Below, in pieces: positions 1 to 7,572 of a DNA stretch of 10,545 bases (position 1 is its first letter; the number at the start of each line of letters is the position of its first letter). The notes beneath the pieces were generated by a model that saw only the letters and a program-made list of their open reading frames with translations, did not search any database and was not told where the DNA came from. A program made the position numbers and the translations under genes. Source of the stretch: a virus; the UHGV virus genome UHGV-1711741; one strand, 5' to 3'.

Positions 1-4
1 TTTA

Positions 5-244
5 ATGGAAGGTTTAATTGAAGCTATTAAATCAAACGACCTCGTAGCCGCTCGTAAATTATTTGCTGAAGCCATGGCTGCAAGAACGACTGATTTAATT
101 AAAGAAGAAAAAATCGCTATCGCTCGTAATTTCTTAATCGAAGGTGAAGAACCTGATGACGAGGATGATGACGAAGACGAAGATAGTGATGATAAAGACG
201 ACAAAAAAGACAAAGACTCTGACGAAGACGAGGATGATGAATAA
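5..244 (+). CDS. 67: Prohead core protein gp67 (T4 gene 67-like); may be 5'-truncated by the window edge
   Basis: 79-aa ORF whose C-terminal ~30 residues are almost entirely Asp/Glu ([28 protein letters not shown]). Sits immediately upstream of the 68-21-22-23 cluster, as in T4. Stop overlaps the next start (TAATG at 242-246). The ATG at 5 is only 4 nt from the window start, so the true start could lie upstream. Confidence 0.75.
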
Positions 245-669
245 TGCTTCTGATCCCTGAAACTCATGAATTAGTTCTCGAGAATGTCGAAGCACTTATT
301 CCTGAAGCACAGGGTCGCTTTGACGAATTGTCTTCTGCTTTAAATAAAGACGATATAAATACAATTGTCGAGAATATGCTTGATGATGAAACTGATTTAG
401 CGGTTGCATTAGCTTCTATTAATGAAAATATGCCGTTAAATGAATTTATCGTTAAACATGTTTCTGCCCGTGGTGAAATTACTCGCACTAAAGATCGCAA
501 AACCCGCGAACGTAATGCATTTCAAACTACCGGGTTGTCTAAAGCAAAACGTAGACAAATTGCTCGTAAAGCTACCAAAACGAAGATTGCCAATCCAGCA
601 GGTCAATCTCGTGCTCAGCGTAAGCGTAAAAAAGCTCTTAAACGCCGTAAAGCATTAGGATTAAGCTAA
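244..669 (+). CDS. 68: Prohead core protein gp68 (T4 gene 68-like)
   Basis: 141-aa ORF, the length I recall for T4 gp68. Strongly basic Lys/Arg-rich C-terminal tail. Start overlaps the gp67 stop and its own stop overlaps the gp21 start (TAATG at 667-671), indicating translational coupling. Confidence 0.75.
354..361 (+). promoter_or_regulatory. Internal TATAAATA motif within gene 68 (possible late promoter or chance match)
   Basis: Exact 8-mer, but about 307 nt upstream of the next start and inside a coding region. Roughly one chance hit per strand is expected in AT-rich DNA of this length. Confidence 0.2.
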
Positions 670-1307
670 TGAATGAACCCCAATTACTAATTGAAACTTG
701 GGGTCAACCTGGCGAAATTATTGATGGCGTACCAATGCTTGAATCTCATGATGGAAAAGACTTAGGTTTAAAACCGGGTTTATACATCGAAGGAATATTC
801 ATGCAAGCGGAAGTCGTCAATAGAAATAAACGTCTTTATCCAAAACGTATATTAGAAAAAGCGGTAAAAGACTATATTAATGAGCAAGTTTTAACTAAAC
901 AAGCTCTCGGAGAATTAAATCATCCTCCACGCGCTAATGTTGACCCGATGCAAGCCGCTATCATTATAGAAGATATGTGGTGGAAAGGAAATGACGTATA
1001 CGGACGAGCTCGTGTTATTGAAGGTGACCATGGTCCTGGAGATAAATTAGCAGCTAATATTCGTGCCGGATGGATTCCAGGAGTTTCTTCTCGTGGATTA
1101 GGTTCATTGACTGACACAAATAAAGGTTATCGTATCGTAAACGAAGGATTCAAATTAACTGTAGGTGTTGATGCAGTATGGGGTCCAAGTGCTCCAGATG
1201 CATGGGTAACTCCTAAGGAAATTACCGAATCACAGACGGCGGAAGCCGATACAAGTGCCGATGACGCCTATATGGCTCTCGCAGAGGCCATGAAAAAAGC
1301 GTTATAA
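669..1307 (+). CDS. 21: Prohead core protein and protease gp21 (T4 prohead serine protease)
   Basis: 212-aa ORF. His85 (ELNHPP) and Ser140 (IPGVSSRGLGS) fall exactly where I recall the catalytic His/Ser of T4 gp21. Position between 68 and 22 matches T4 synteny. Confidence 0.9.
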   Translation: MNEPQLLIETWGQPGEIIDGVPMLESHDGKDLGLKPGLYIEGIFMQAEVVNRNKRLYPKRILEKAVKDYINEQVLTKQALGELNHPPRANVDPMQAAIIIEDMWWKGNDVYGRARVIEGDHGPGDKLAANIRAGWIPGVSSRGLGSLTDTNKGYRIVNEGFKLTVGVDAVWGPSAPDAWVTPKEITESQTAEADTSADDAYMALAEAMKKAL

Positions 1308-1310
1308 ATA
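1303..1310 (+). promoter_or_regulatory. T4-type late promoter motif TATAAATA for gene 22
   Basis: Exact TATAAATA overlapping the gp21 stop codon (1305-1307), ending 27 nt upstream of the gene 22 ATG. Confidence 0.7.
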
Positions 1311-1337
1311 TTATTATCTAAACAACAGGACTACAAA

Positions 1338-2147
1338 ATGCTTAAAGAACAACTGATTGCTGAAGCGCAAAAAATTGATGCTTCCGTTGCTCTTGATAGT
1401 ATTTTCGAATCAGTTAATATTTCTCCGGAAGCAAAAGAAACTTTCGGCACTGTATTCGAAGCTACCGTCAAGCAGCACGCCGTTAAATTAGCTGAATCTC
1501 ATATCGCTAAAATTGCTGAAAAAGCAGAAGAAGAAGTAGAAAAAAATAAAGAAGAAGCCGAAGAAAAAGCTGAGAAGAAAATCGCTGAGCAAGCTTCTAA
1601 ATTCATCGACCATCTTGCGAAAGAATGGCTCGCTGAAAATAAATTAGCAGTTGATAAAGGCATCAAAGCCGAACTGTTTGAATCCATGCTTGGTGGATTA
1701 AAAGAGCTCTTTGTTGAACACAACGTTGTTGTTCCAGAAGAATCAGTTGATGTTGTAGCTGAAATGGAAGAAGAGCTGCAAGAACATAAAGAAGAATCAG
1801 CTCGTCTGTTCGAAGAACTCAATAAGCGTGACGCATATATCAATTATGTGCAGCGTGAAGTGGCATTGAGCGAAAGTACTAAAGATCTGACTGAGTCTCA
1901 AAAAGAAAAAGTCTCTGCTCTGGTCGAAGGTATGGATTATTCAGATGCATTCTCAAGTAAATTGAGTGCCATCGTAGAAATGGTGAAGAAGTCTAATAAA
2001 GATGAAAGCACTATTACTGAGGGTATAAATACTCCTGATACTGAAGCAGCCGGACTGAATTTCGTCACTGAAGCTGTAGAAGATAAAGCTGCACCTGGTG
2101 CAGAAGATATTGTAAGTGTATATGCGAAAGTCGCATCTCGTTTCTAA
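1338..2147 (+). CDS. 22: Prohead scaffolding core protein gp22
   Basis: 269-aa ORF. Highly charged Glu/Lys/Ala-rich sequence typical of a coiled-coil scaffold (AEKAEEEVEKNKEEAEEKAEKKIAEQ). Preceded by TATAAATA and a Shine-Dalgarno (AGGAC). Lies directly upstream of the major capsid gene. Confidence 0.85.
   Translation: MLKEQLIAEAQKIDASVALDSIFESVNISPEAKETFGTVFEATVKQHAVKLAESHIAKIAEKAEEEVEKNKEEAEEKAEKKIAEQASKFIDHLAKEWLAENKLAVDKGIKAELFESMLGGLKELFVEHNVVVPEESVDVVAEMEEELQEHKEESARLFEELNKRDAYINYVQREVALSESTKDLTESQKEKVSALVEGMDYSDAFSSKLSAIVEMVKKSNKDESTITEGINTPDTEAAGLNFVTEAVEDKAAPGAEDIVSVYAKVASRF
2024..2031 (+). promoter_or_regulatory. T4-type late promoter motif TATAAATA inside the 3' end of gene 22 (candidate gene 23 promoter)
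   Basis: Exact TATAAATA 134 nt upstream of the gene 23 ATG. No closer consensus motif is present. A chance occurrence in AT-rich DNA is possible. Confidence 0.5.
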
Positions 2148-2165
2148 TTTTAAAGGTTAACACAA

Positions 2166-3731
2166 ATGACTATCAAAACTAAAGCTGAACTTTTGAACAA
2201 ATGGAAGCCATTACTGGAAGGTGAAGATTTACCGGAAATTGCTAATAGCAAACAAGCGATTATCGCTAAAATCTTTGAAAACCAGGAAAAAGATTTCCAG
2301 ACAGCTCCAGAGTACAAAGACGAAAAAATCGCTCAGGCGTTCGGTTCTTTCTTAACAGAAGCTGAAATCGGTGTTGACCACGGTTACAACGCTACTAACA
2401 TTGCTGCTGGTCAGACTTCTGGCGCAGTAACTCAGATTGGCCCAGCTGTTATGGGTATGGTACGTCGTGCTATTCCTAACCTGATTGCTTTCGATATTTG
2501 CGGTGTTCAGCCGATGAACAGCCCGACTGGCCAGGTATTCGCATTGCGCGCAGTATATGGTAAAGACCCAATCGCTTCCGGTGCTAAAGAAGCATTCCAC
2601 CCAATGTATGGTCCAGATGCAATGTTCTCTGGTCAGGGTGCTGCTAAGAAATTCGCTGCTTTGAAAGCAAGTGATACTCTTAAAGTTGGAACTATTTACA
2701 CCCACTTCTTCCAGGAAACTGGTACTGTATATCTGCAAGCTACAGAAGTTAAGAAAATTGATACTAGTGCATCTGACGCAGCTAAATTAGATGCTGAAAT
2801 TAAGAAACAAATGGAAGCTGGTGTACTGGTAGAAATCGCTGAAGGTATGGCTACTTCTATCGCTGAACTTCAGGAAGGTTTCAACGGTTCTACCGATAAC
2901 CCATGGAATGAAATGGGCTTCCGTATCGATAAACAAGTTATCGAAGCTAAATCTCGTCAGCTGAAAGCTGCTTACTCTATCGAATTAGCACAAGACCTCC
3001 GCGCTGTTCACGGTATGGATGCTGATGCTGAACTGTCTGGTATTCTGGCTACCGAAATTATGCTGGAAATCAACCGCGAAGTTGTTGATTGGATTAACTA
3101 CTCCGCTCAGGTTGGTAAATCTGGTATGACCCTGACTCCGGGTTCTAAAGCTGGTGTATTTGACTTCCAGGACCCAATCGATATTCGTGGTGCTCGCTGG
3201 GCAGGTGAATCCTTTAAAGCTCTGTTGTTCCAGATTGACAAAGAAGCAGTTGAAATTGCTCGTCAGACTGGTCGCGGCGAAGGTAACTTCATTATCGCTT
3301 CCCGTAACGTAGTTAACGTTCTGGCTTCAGTTGATACCGGCATTTCTTATGCTGCACAAGGTCTGGCTACTGGCTTTAACACTGATACTACCAAGTCAGT
3401 ATTTGCTGGTGTTCTGGGTGGTAAATACCGTGTATATATCGACCAGTATGCTAAACAGGATTATTTCACCGTAGGTTATAAAGGTCCGAACGAAATGGAT
3501 GCTGGTATTTACTATGCTCCATATGTAGCTCTGACTCCGCTGCGTGGTTCTGATCCGAAGAACTTCCAACCGGTAATGGGATTCAAAACTCGTTACGGTA
3601 TCGGTATCAACCCATTTGCAGAATCCGCTGCTCAGGCTCCGGCTTCTCGCATCCAGAGCGGTATGCCTTCTATTCTGAATAGCCTTGGTAAAAACGCTTA
3701 CTTCCGCCGTGTATATGTTAAAGGTATCTAA
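2166..3731 (+). CDS. 23: Major capsid protein gp23 precursor (HK97-fold)
   Basis: 521-aa ORF beginning MTIKTKAELLNKWKPLLEGE, which I recognise as the T4 gp23 N-terminus. The motif L63-T64-E65 sits at the position of the known gp21 maturation cleavage after Glu65. Codon usage is GC-richer than the neighbours, as expected for a highly expressed gene. Followed by a strong hairpin terminator. Confidence 0.95.
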   Translation: MTIKTKAELLNKWKPLLEGEDLPEIANSKQAIIAKIFENQEKDFQTAPEYKDEKIAQAFGSFLTEAEIGVDHGYNATNIAAGQTSGAVTQIGPAVMGMVRRAIPNLIAFDICGVQPMNSPTGQVFALRAVYGKDPIASGAKEAFHPMYGPDAMFSGQGAAKKFAALKASDTLKVGTIYTHFFQETGTVYLQATEVKKIDTSASDAAKLDAEIKKQMEAGVLVEIAEGMATSIAELQEGFNGSTDNPWNEMGFRIDKQVIEAKSRQLKAAYSIELAQDLRAVHGMDADAELSGILATEIMLEINREVVDWINYSAQVGKSGMTLTPGSKAGVFDFQDPIDIRGARWAGESFKALLFQIDKEAVEIARQTGRGEGNFIIASRNVVNVLASVDTGISYAAQGLATGFNTDTTKSVFAGVLGGKYRVYIDQYAKQDYFTVGYKGPNEMDAGIYYAPYVALTPLRGSDPKNFQPVMGFKTRYGIGINPFAESAAQAPASRIQSGMPSILNSLGKNAYFRRVYVKGI

Positions 3732-3744
3732 TCTTTGACGATTT

Positions 3745-3776
3745 AAGGGACCTTCGGGTCCCTTTAGTTGTTTTTA
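3745..3776 (+). terminator. Rho-independent terminator after gene 23
   Basis: Perfect 8-bp stem AAGGGACC / GGTCCCTT closed by a UUCG tetraloop (3753-3756), followed by a T-rich tract (TAGTTGTTTTTA). Confidence 0.8.
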
Positions 3777-3779
3777 TGG

Positions 3780-3787
3780 TATAAATA
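3780..3787 (+). promoter_or_regulatory. T4-type late promoter motif TATAAATA for gene 24
   Basis: Exact TATAAATA immediately after the gene 23 terminator hairpin, ending 27 nt upstream of the gene 24 ATG. Confidence 0.75.
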
Positions 3788-3814
3788 AATCATATAAACT
3801 GAAAGGAAAGCGCA

Positions 3815-5098
3815 ATGGCTAAAATCAACGAACTTCTGCGCGAATCAACCACAACGAATAGCAACTCAATCGGTCGCCCAAATCTCGTTGCTTTGACTCG
3901 CGCTACCACTAAATTAATATATTCTGACATTGTAGCAACGCAAAGAACTAATCAACCTGTTGCTGCTTTTTATGGTATCAAATACCTTAACCCGGATAAC
4001 GAATTTACATTTAAAACTGGTGCTACTTACGCCGGCGAAGCTGGGTATGTAGACCGAGAACAAATCACAGAATTAACAGAAGAGTCTAAATTAACTCTCA
4101 ATAAAGGTGATTTATTCAAATATAATAATATCGTTTATAAAGTATTAGAAGATACACCATTTGCTGATATTGAAGAAAGCGATTTAGAATTAGCTCTTCA
4201 GATTGCAATTGTTCTTTTAAAAGTTCGTCTATTTTCTGATGCTGCAGTAACAAGCAAATTTGAAAGCTCTGATAGCGAAATTGCGGATGCTAGATTCCAG
4301 ATTAATAAATGGCAAACCGCAGTTAAATCTCGTAAACTTAAAACTGGCATCACAGTCGAATTAGCACAAGATTTAGAAGCAAATGGATTCGATGCTCCTA
4401 ATTTCTTGGAAGATTTGCTTGCAACCGAAATGGCAGATGAAATCAATAAAGATATTCTGCAGTCTTTGATTACAGTGTCAAAACGCTATAAAGTTACAGG
4501 AATTACTGATACTGGATTCATTGATTTGAGTTATGCATCTGCGCCTGAAGCTGGTCGTTCATTATACCGAATGGTGTGTGAAATGGTTTCACATATCCAG
4601 AAAGAATCAACTTATACAGCAACGTTCTGTGTTGCTTCAGCTCGTGCCGCTGCGATTCTTGCTGCATCAGGTTGGTTAAAACATAAACCAGAAGATGACA
4701 AATATCTTTCACAAAATGCCTACGGGTTCTTAGCTAATGGTTTACCGCTTTATTGCGATACCAACAGCCCATTAGATTATGTAATCGTTGGCGTAGTAGA
4801 AAATATCGGTGAAAAAGAAATTGTTGGATCAATTTTCTATGCTCCGTATACAGAAGGTCTTGACTTAGATGACCCTGAACATGTAGGTGCATTTAAAGTT
4901 GTAGTTGATCCAGAAAGTTTGCAGCCATCTATCGGTTTATTAGTTAGATATGCTTTATCTGCAAATCCTTACACTGTAGCAAAAGATGAAAAAGAAGCAA
5001 GAGTAATTGATGGTGGAGACATGGATAAAATGGCGGGTCGTTCAGATTTGTCTGTTTTATTAGGTGTTAAGCTACCAAAAATTATCATTGATGAATAA
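3815..5098 (+). CDS. 24: Capsid vertex protein gp24 precursor (paralog of gp23)
   Basis: 427-aa ORF with clear internal similarity to gp23 (shared ELAQDL block and surrounding residues). TATAAATA lies 27 nt upstream of the ATG, with an AAGGA Shine-Dalgarno. N-terminal L8-R9-E10 fits the L/I-x-E protease cleavage motif. Confidence 0.9.
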   Translation: MAKINELLRESTTTNSNSIGRPNLVALTRATTKLIYSDIVATQRTNQPVAAFYGIKYLNPDNEFTFKTGATYAGEAGYVDREQITELTEESKLTLNKGDLFKYNNIVYKVLEDTPFADIEESDLELALQIAIVLLKVRLFSDAAVTSKFESSDSEIADARFQINKWQTAVKSRKLKTGITVELAQDLEANGFDAPNFLEDLLATEMADEINKDILQSLITVSKRYKVTGITDTGFIDLSYASAPEAGRSLYRMVCEMVSHIQKESTYTATFCVASARAAAILAASGWLKHKPEDDKYLSQNAYGFLANGLPLYCDTNSPLDYVIVGVVENIGEKEIVGSIFYAPYTEGLDLDDPEHVGAFKVVVDPESLQPSIGLLVRYALSANPYTVAKDEKEARVIDGGDMDKMAGRSDLSVLLGVKLPKIIIDE

Positions 5099-5102
5099 AA
5101 CA

Positions 5103-5130
5103 AAGGGACCGAAAGGTCCCCTTTTTATTT
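5103..5130. terminator. Bidirectional terminator between convergent genes 24 and rnlB
   Basis: Stem GGGACC / GGTCCC with a GAAA tetraloop (5111-5114). Flanked by CTTTTTATTT on the plus strand and a T-rich tract on the minus strand (reverse complement of ATAAAACAAA). Occupies the 30-nt gap between the two stop codons. Confidence 0.75.
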
Positions 5131-6133
5131 AACTTACCAATTCAATCCAAGCCGGACGAAGTACATCTTGTACCATTTTAACTAATTCCTTCTTAATCAA
5201 AGAAGGATTATCCGCTTGAGTTAGAGTAATACCTTCACGAGAAGTTTCTTCCAAAATATCTTGAACCGTTAGTCCCATCACCTTTCCAAAATCTTTTGGA
5301 CCAATTTCACCAATTTTAGAAATAACGTTATTTACTCGGTTCAGTGTAACATAACAAGCTAAAATTCCCAGCAATTTATTATCAGCTTCTGACAACTCAA
5401 CTTTAGCTTTAATAGGCTTATCAGACTTTTTCTTTTCACTAAATTTAGAGTTCTTGCATTTGATGGCTACACGATTGCGATTAGGCAGCCAAGAAGGATA
5501 ACAAGGTTTCAATACATATCCTTCAGCGGTAAATACTTCGCCTTTTGCTTCAGCATTCCAAACGCATTTATTTGCATCAACTAATCCAGCATGATCTACC
5601 GTAAAATTATAATCCTGTACGACAGAATCTAAATCATTTGGCAATTTAATAAGTTCTTCAAATTTACCACGACCTAAAAGTGGAGCCATTTTAAATTTAA
5701 ATGTATTACAGAATGATTCCATCATATAATCATCGACATAAGTTACATCACCACTTTCTGTAGTAACAATAATGTCAAATACATAAAAATCTTTATCACC
5801 ATAATCGACATTCTTCTGAATGCCAGGTCCGGCGAATTCACCAAAGACTTGATAAGATACAACCGCTGAAGTTTCCATAATATCTTGTACTGCTTTAATG
5901 GAATCAGCGTAATTCTTCAAAATAATTTCATACCCAAAGAAATCTTCAGCAGGAAGAATAGGACCAGTTCGTTTAGCACAAGTTACTTTATCACGCTCAA
6001 TAATTAATGAGAAATTTGTGCCATGAATCTTTTCACGAGCTACCCATTCGCCACCAGTCAATCCTAAACTATAAAGTTTTTCAATGAATTTAGAATTGTA
6101 ATGATTTTCAAGACTGCTATACTTTTTAAACAT
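5129..6133 (-). CDS. rnlB: RNA ligase 2 (Rnl2, T4 gene 24.1/rnlB-like), ATP-dependent nucleotidyltransferase
   Basis: 334-aa ORF. Motif I K-I-H-G with the lysine at residue 35 (EKIHGTNF), matching the adenylylation lysine I recall for T4 Rnl2. Convergent with gene 24, as in T4. Confidence 0.88.
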   Translation of the reverse strand: MFKKYSSLENHYNSKFIEKLYSLGLTGGEWVAREKIHGTNFSLIIERDKVTCAKRTGPILPAEDFFGYEIILKNYADSIKAVQDIMETSAVVSYQVFGEFAGPGIQKNVDYGDKDFYVFDIIVTTESGDVTYVDDYMMESFCNTFKFKMAPLLGRGKFEELIKLPNDLDSVVQDYNFTVDHAGLVDANKCVWNAEAKGEVFTAEGYVLKPCYPSWLPNRNRVAIKCKNSKFSEKKKSDKPIKAKVELSEADNKLLGILACYVTLNRVNNVISKIGEIGPKDFGKVMGLTVQDILEETSREGITLTQADNPSLIKKELVKMVQDVLRPAWIELVS

Positions 6134-6142
6134 AATTAATCC

Positions 6143-6421
6143 TCAAAATGTAATTTCTAACCAATCACCATCACGCTGATCACTATTGACTTTAAAGCTA
6201 AATCCTTCTTTTCTCAGCCAATCGCCAATTTCTTCAGTAATCAATTTATCGCGAGCAGTACAATAATAACTAAAATATGTTTTACCTTGTTCAGCTGCTT
6301 TATTAGCAAGTTCCGAAAAATCTTTAATAAAACACTCTAGCTTAAACTGTTTACTTTTAAGTGCTTTTTCGCGTAATCGATTAGCAAAAGATTCATTTTC
6401 ATAAAGATCATACTGTTCCAT
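6143..6421 (-). CDS. 24.2: Hypothetical protein (T4 24.2-like by synteny)
   Basis: 92-aa ORF, tightly packed between the 24.3-like ORF (3-nt gap) and rnlB (9-nt gap) on the minus strand. No recognisable motif; named only by position. Confidence 0.6.
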   Translation of the reverse strand: MEQYDLYENESFANRLREKALKSKQFKLECFIKDFSELANKAAEQGKTYFSYYCTARDKLITEEIGDWLRKEGFSFKVNSDQRDGDWLEITF

Positions 6422-6424
6422 TTT

Positions 6425-6622
6425 TCACCTTTTATTAATATGTCTTTTTCTATAGACAACTTTTTCTCGAGTTTCAAATTTATTTTTAGCAGTCATAGCT
6501 CGAGCCCATAATACAGCCACTTCTTTCGCCTGTAAGTTTAATTCACGAGCAATTTCAATGAATGACTTTCCAGACTCATGAAGAGTAAACACCACAACCT
6601 CAGTTCTCATAATCAATCTCAT
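6425..6622 (-). CDS. 24.3: Small hypothetical protein with a possible helix-turn-helix (T4 24.3-like by synteny)
   Basis: 65-aa ORF. The segment SGKSFIEIARELNLQAKEVAVLWARA resembles an HTH DNA-binding motif, followed by a basic C-terminus. First gene of the minus-strand 24.3-24.2-rnlB block. No obvious Shine-Dalgarno at the annotated ATG, so the start is uncertain. Confidence 0.5.
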   Translation of the reverse strand: MRLIMRTEVVVFTLHESGKSFIEIARELNLQAKEVAVLWARAMTAKNKFETREKVVYRKRHINKR

Positions 6623-6680
6623 GTTATCGAGTTGGTGCCATTATATACATCATTTTCTGATTGTGTTTTGTGTGCTTTCA

Positions 6681-6707
6681 AAATGAAGAAAGGGGCCGAA
6701 GCCCCTT
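6681..6707 (-). terminator. Candidate terminator or stabilising hairpin downstream of hoc
   Basis: Stem AAGGGGC / GCCCCTT with a 4-nt loop (6697-6700) just after the hoc stop. The minus-strand tail (TCTTCATTTT) is only moderately T-rich. Confidence 0.5.
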
Positions 6708-6711
6708 ATGA

Positions 6712-7563
6712 TTATGGATAGGTATAGATGATACCAGTTTCTAAAGCAGTTTTATGAATGATGTATCCATTACGCGATTCTTGAACATCAACTTCTTGAT
6801 AGTCTTTCATCATCTTCTGAAGAGTGTAACGATGCAGGTAGTATTTACTGTCTGGATCTTCAGTTTTCCAATCTTTACCTTCTTCGGTCATTTTTTGGAT
6901 TTCATCCATAACCCACCAACCGCACCAGATATAAGCTGAAGTACGATGTGGAAGAGGATGAACATAAGGCAATTCACCTTCTGGTTCCGGAGCAACTTTA
7001 TCAGTTACCTGAACTTGGCCTGTTGCTTTAACTGTTTTACTATCATAGTCGGTTGCTGTAACGACAGCAGTAACTTCAATAGTTTGACTTCCAATAGATG
7101 AGGTGTCAACGGTGTATACGTTAGTTGATCCTTCTACAGGAGAACCGTCGACGTGCCATTGATACGTAGCAGATGCACCTGGCGGCTGTGAATCTAAGGC
7201 AGCAGTAAATTGAACTGGAGTTCCAATTACTCCAGCTGAAGGACTATTAGGAGTTACTGTTATTGTAGTAGTCTGTGTCTTATTTTGAACTGTGATAGTT
7301 GTCGTAGTTTCTGCTGTTTCAGGTTCAGCTTCAGATTCTGGAACTGTATTTGTTGCAACCACCTTAATAGTCTTTTGACCTGCAGGTCCTTTTAGTACAT
7401 AGCTAAAAGTTGCTTCAGCTCCATCCTGTGGAACATTATCTACACTCCAAGCATAGGTAATAGTTCCACCTTCAGTTTGACCACTGGGTGCAGCAGTAAA
7501 CTGCTTGGTTTCATCAATAACTCCTGTTGGGGTTTTAGGAGTTATATCAACTGTAAAAGTCAT
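6712..7563 (-). CDS. hoc: Hoc, highly immunogenic outer capsid protein (Ig-like decoration protein), short 283-aa form
   Basis: N-terminus MTFTVDITPKTPTGVIDETKQFTA. Two internally repeated Ig-like modules (TYAWSVD vs TYQWHVD; GVIDETKQFTA vs GVIGTPVQFTA), Thr/Val-rich beta-strand composition, and a conserved C-terminal capsid-binding region (YIWCGWWVMDEIQKMTEEGKDWK). Start lies 9 nt downstream of the inh stop. Confidence 0.85.
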   Translation of the reverse strand: MTFTVDITPKTPTGVIDETKQFTAAPSGQTEGGTITYAWSVDNVPQDGAEATFSYVLKGPAGQKTIKVVATNTVPESEAEPETAETTTTITVQNKTQTTTITVTPNSPSAGVIGTPVQFTAALDSQPPGASATYQWHVDGSPVEGSTNVYTVDTSSIGSQTIEVTAVVTATDYDSKTVKATGQVQVTDKVAPEPEGELPYVHPLPHRTSAYIWCGWWVMDEIQKMTEEGKDWKTEDPDSKYYLHRYTLQKMMKDYQEVDVQESRNGYIIHKTALETGIIYTYP

Positions 7564-7572
7564 AAGTTATCC

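Noticed and set aside
155-241. GA-rich quasi-repeat (GAT/GAC/GAA codons) as a possible microsatellite or non-coding repeat element
   Set aside because: It is in frame and encodes the acidic tail of gp67, so it is coding low complexity rather than an independent repeat element.
3732-3814. Possible missing homing endonuclease between genes 23 and 24
   Set aside because: I have an uncertain recollection that some T-even genomes carry a seg gene near the 23-24 junction. Here the spacer is only 83 bp (terminator plus late promoter), so nothing is inserted. I cannot verify the recollection, so I make no claim of a deletion.
6673-6680. TGCTTTCA on the plus strand, resembling a MotA box of T4 middle promoters
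   Set aside because: There is no -10 element at the required 11-13 bp downstream; that position is the GC hairpin. The orientation also points into the 3' end of hoc, so it is probably a chance match.
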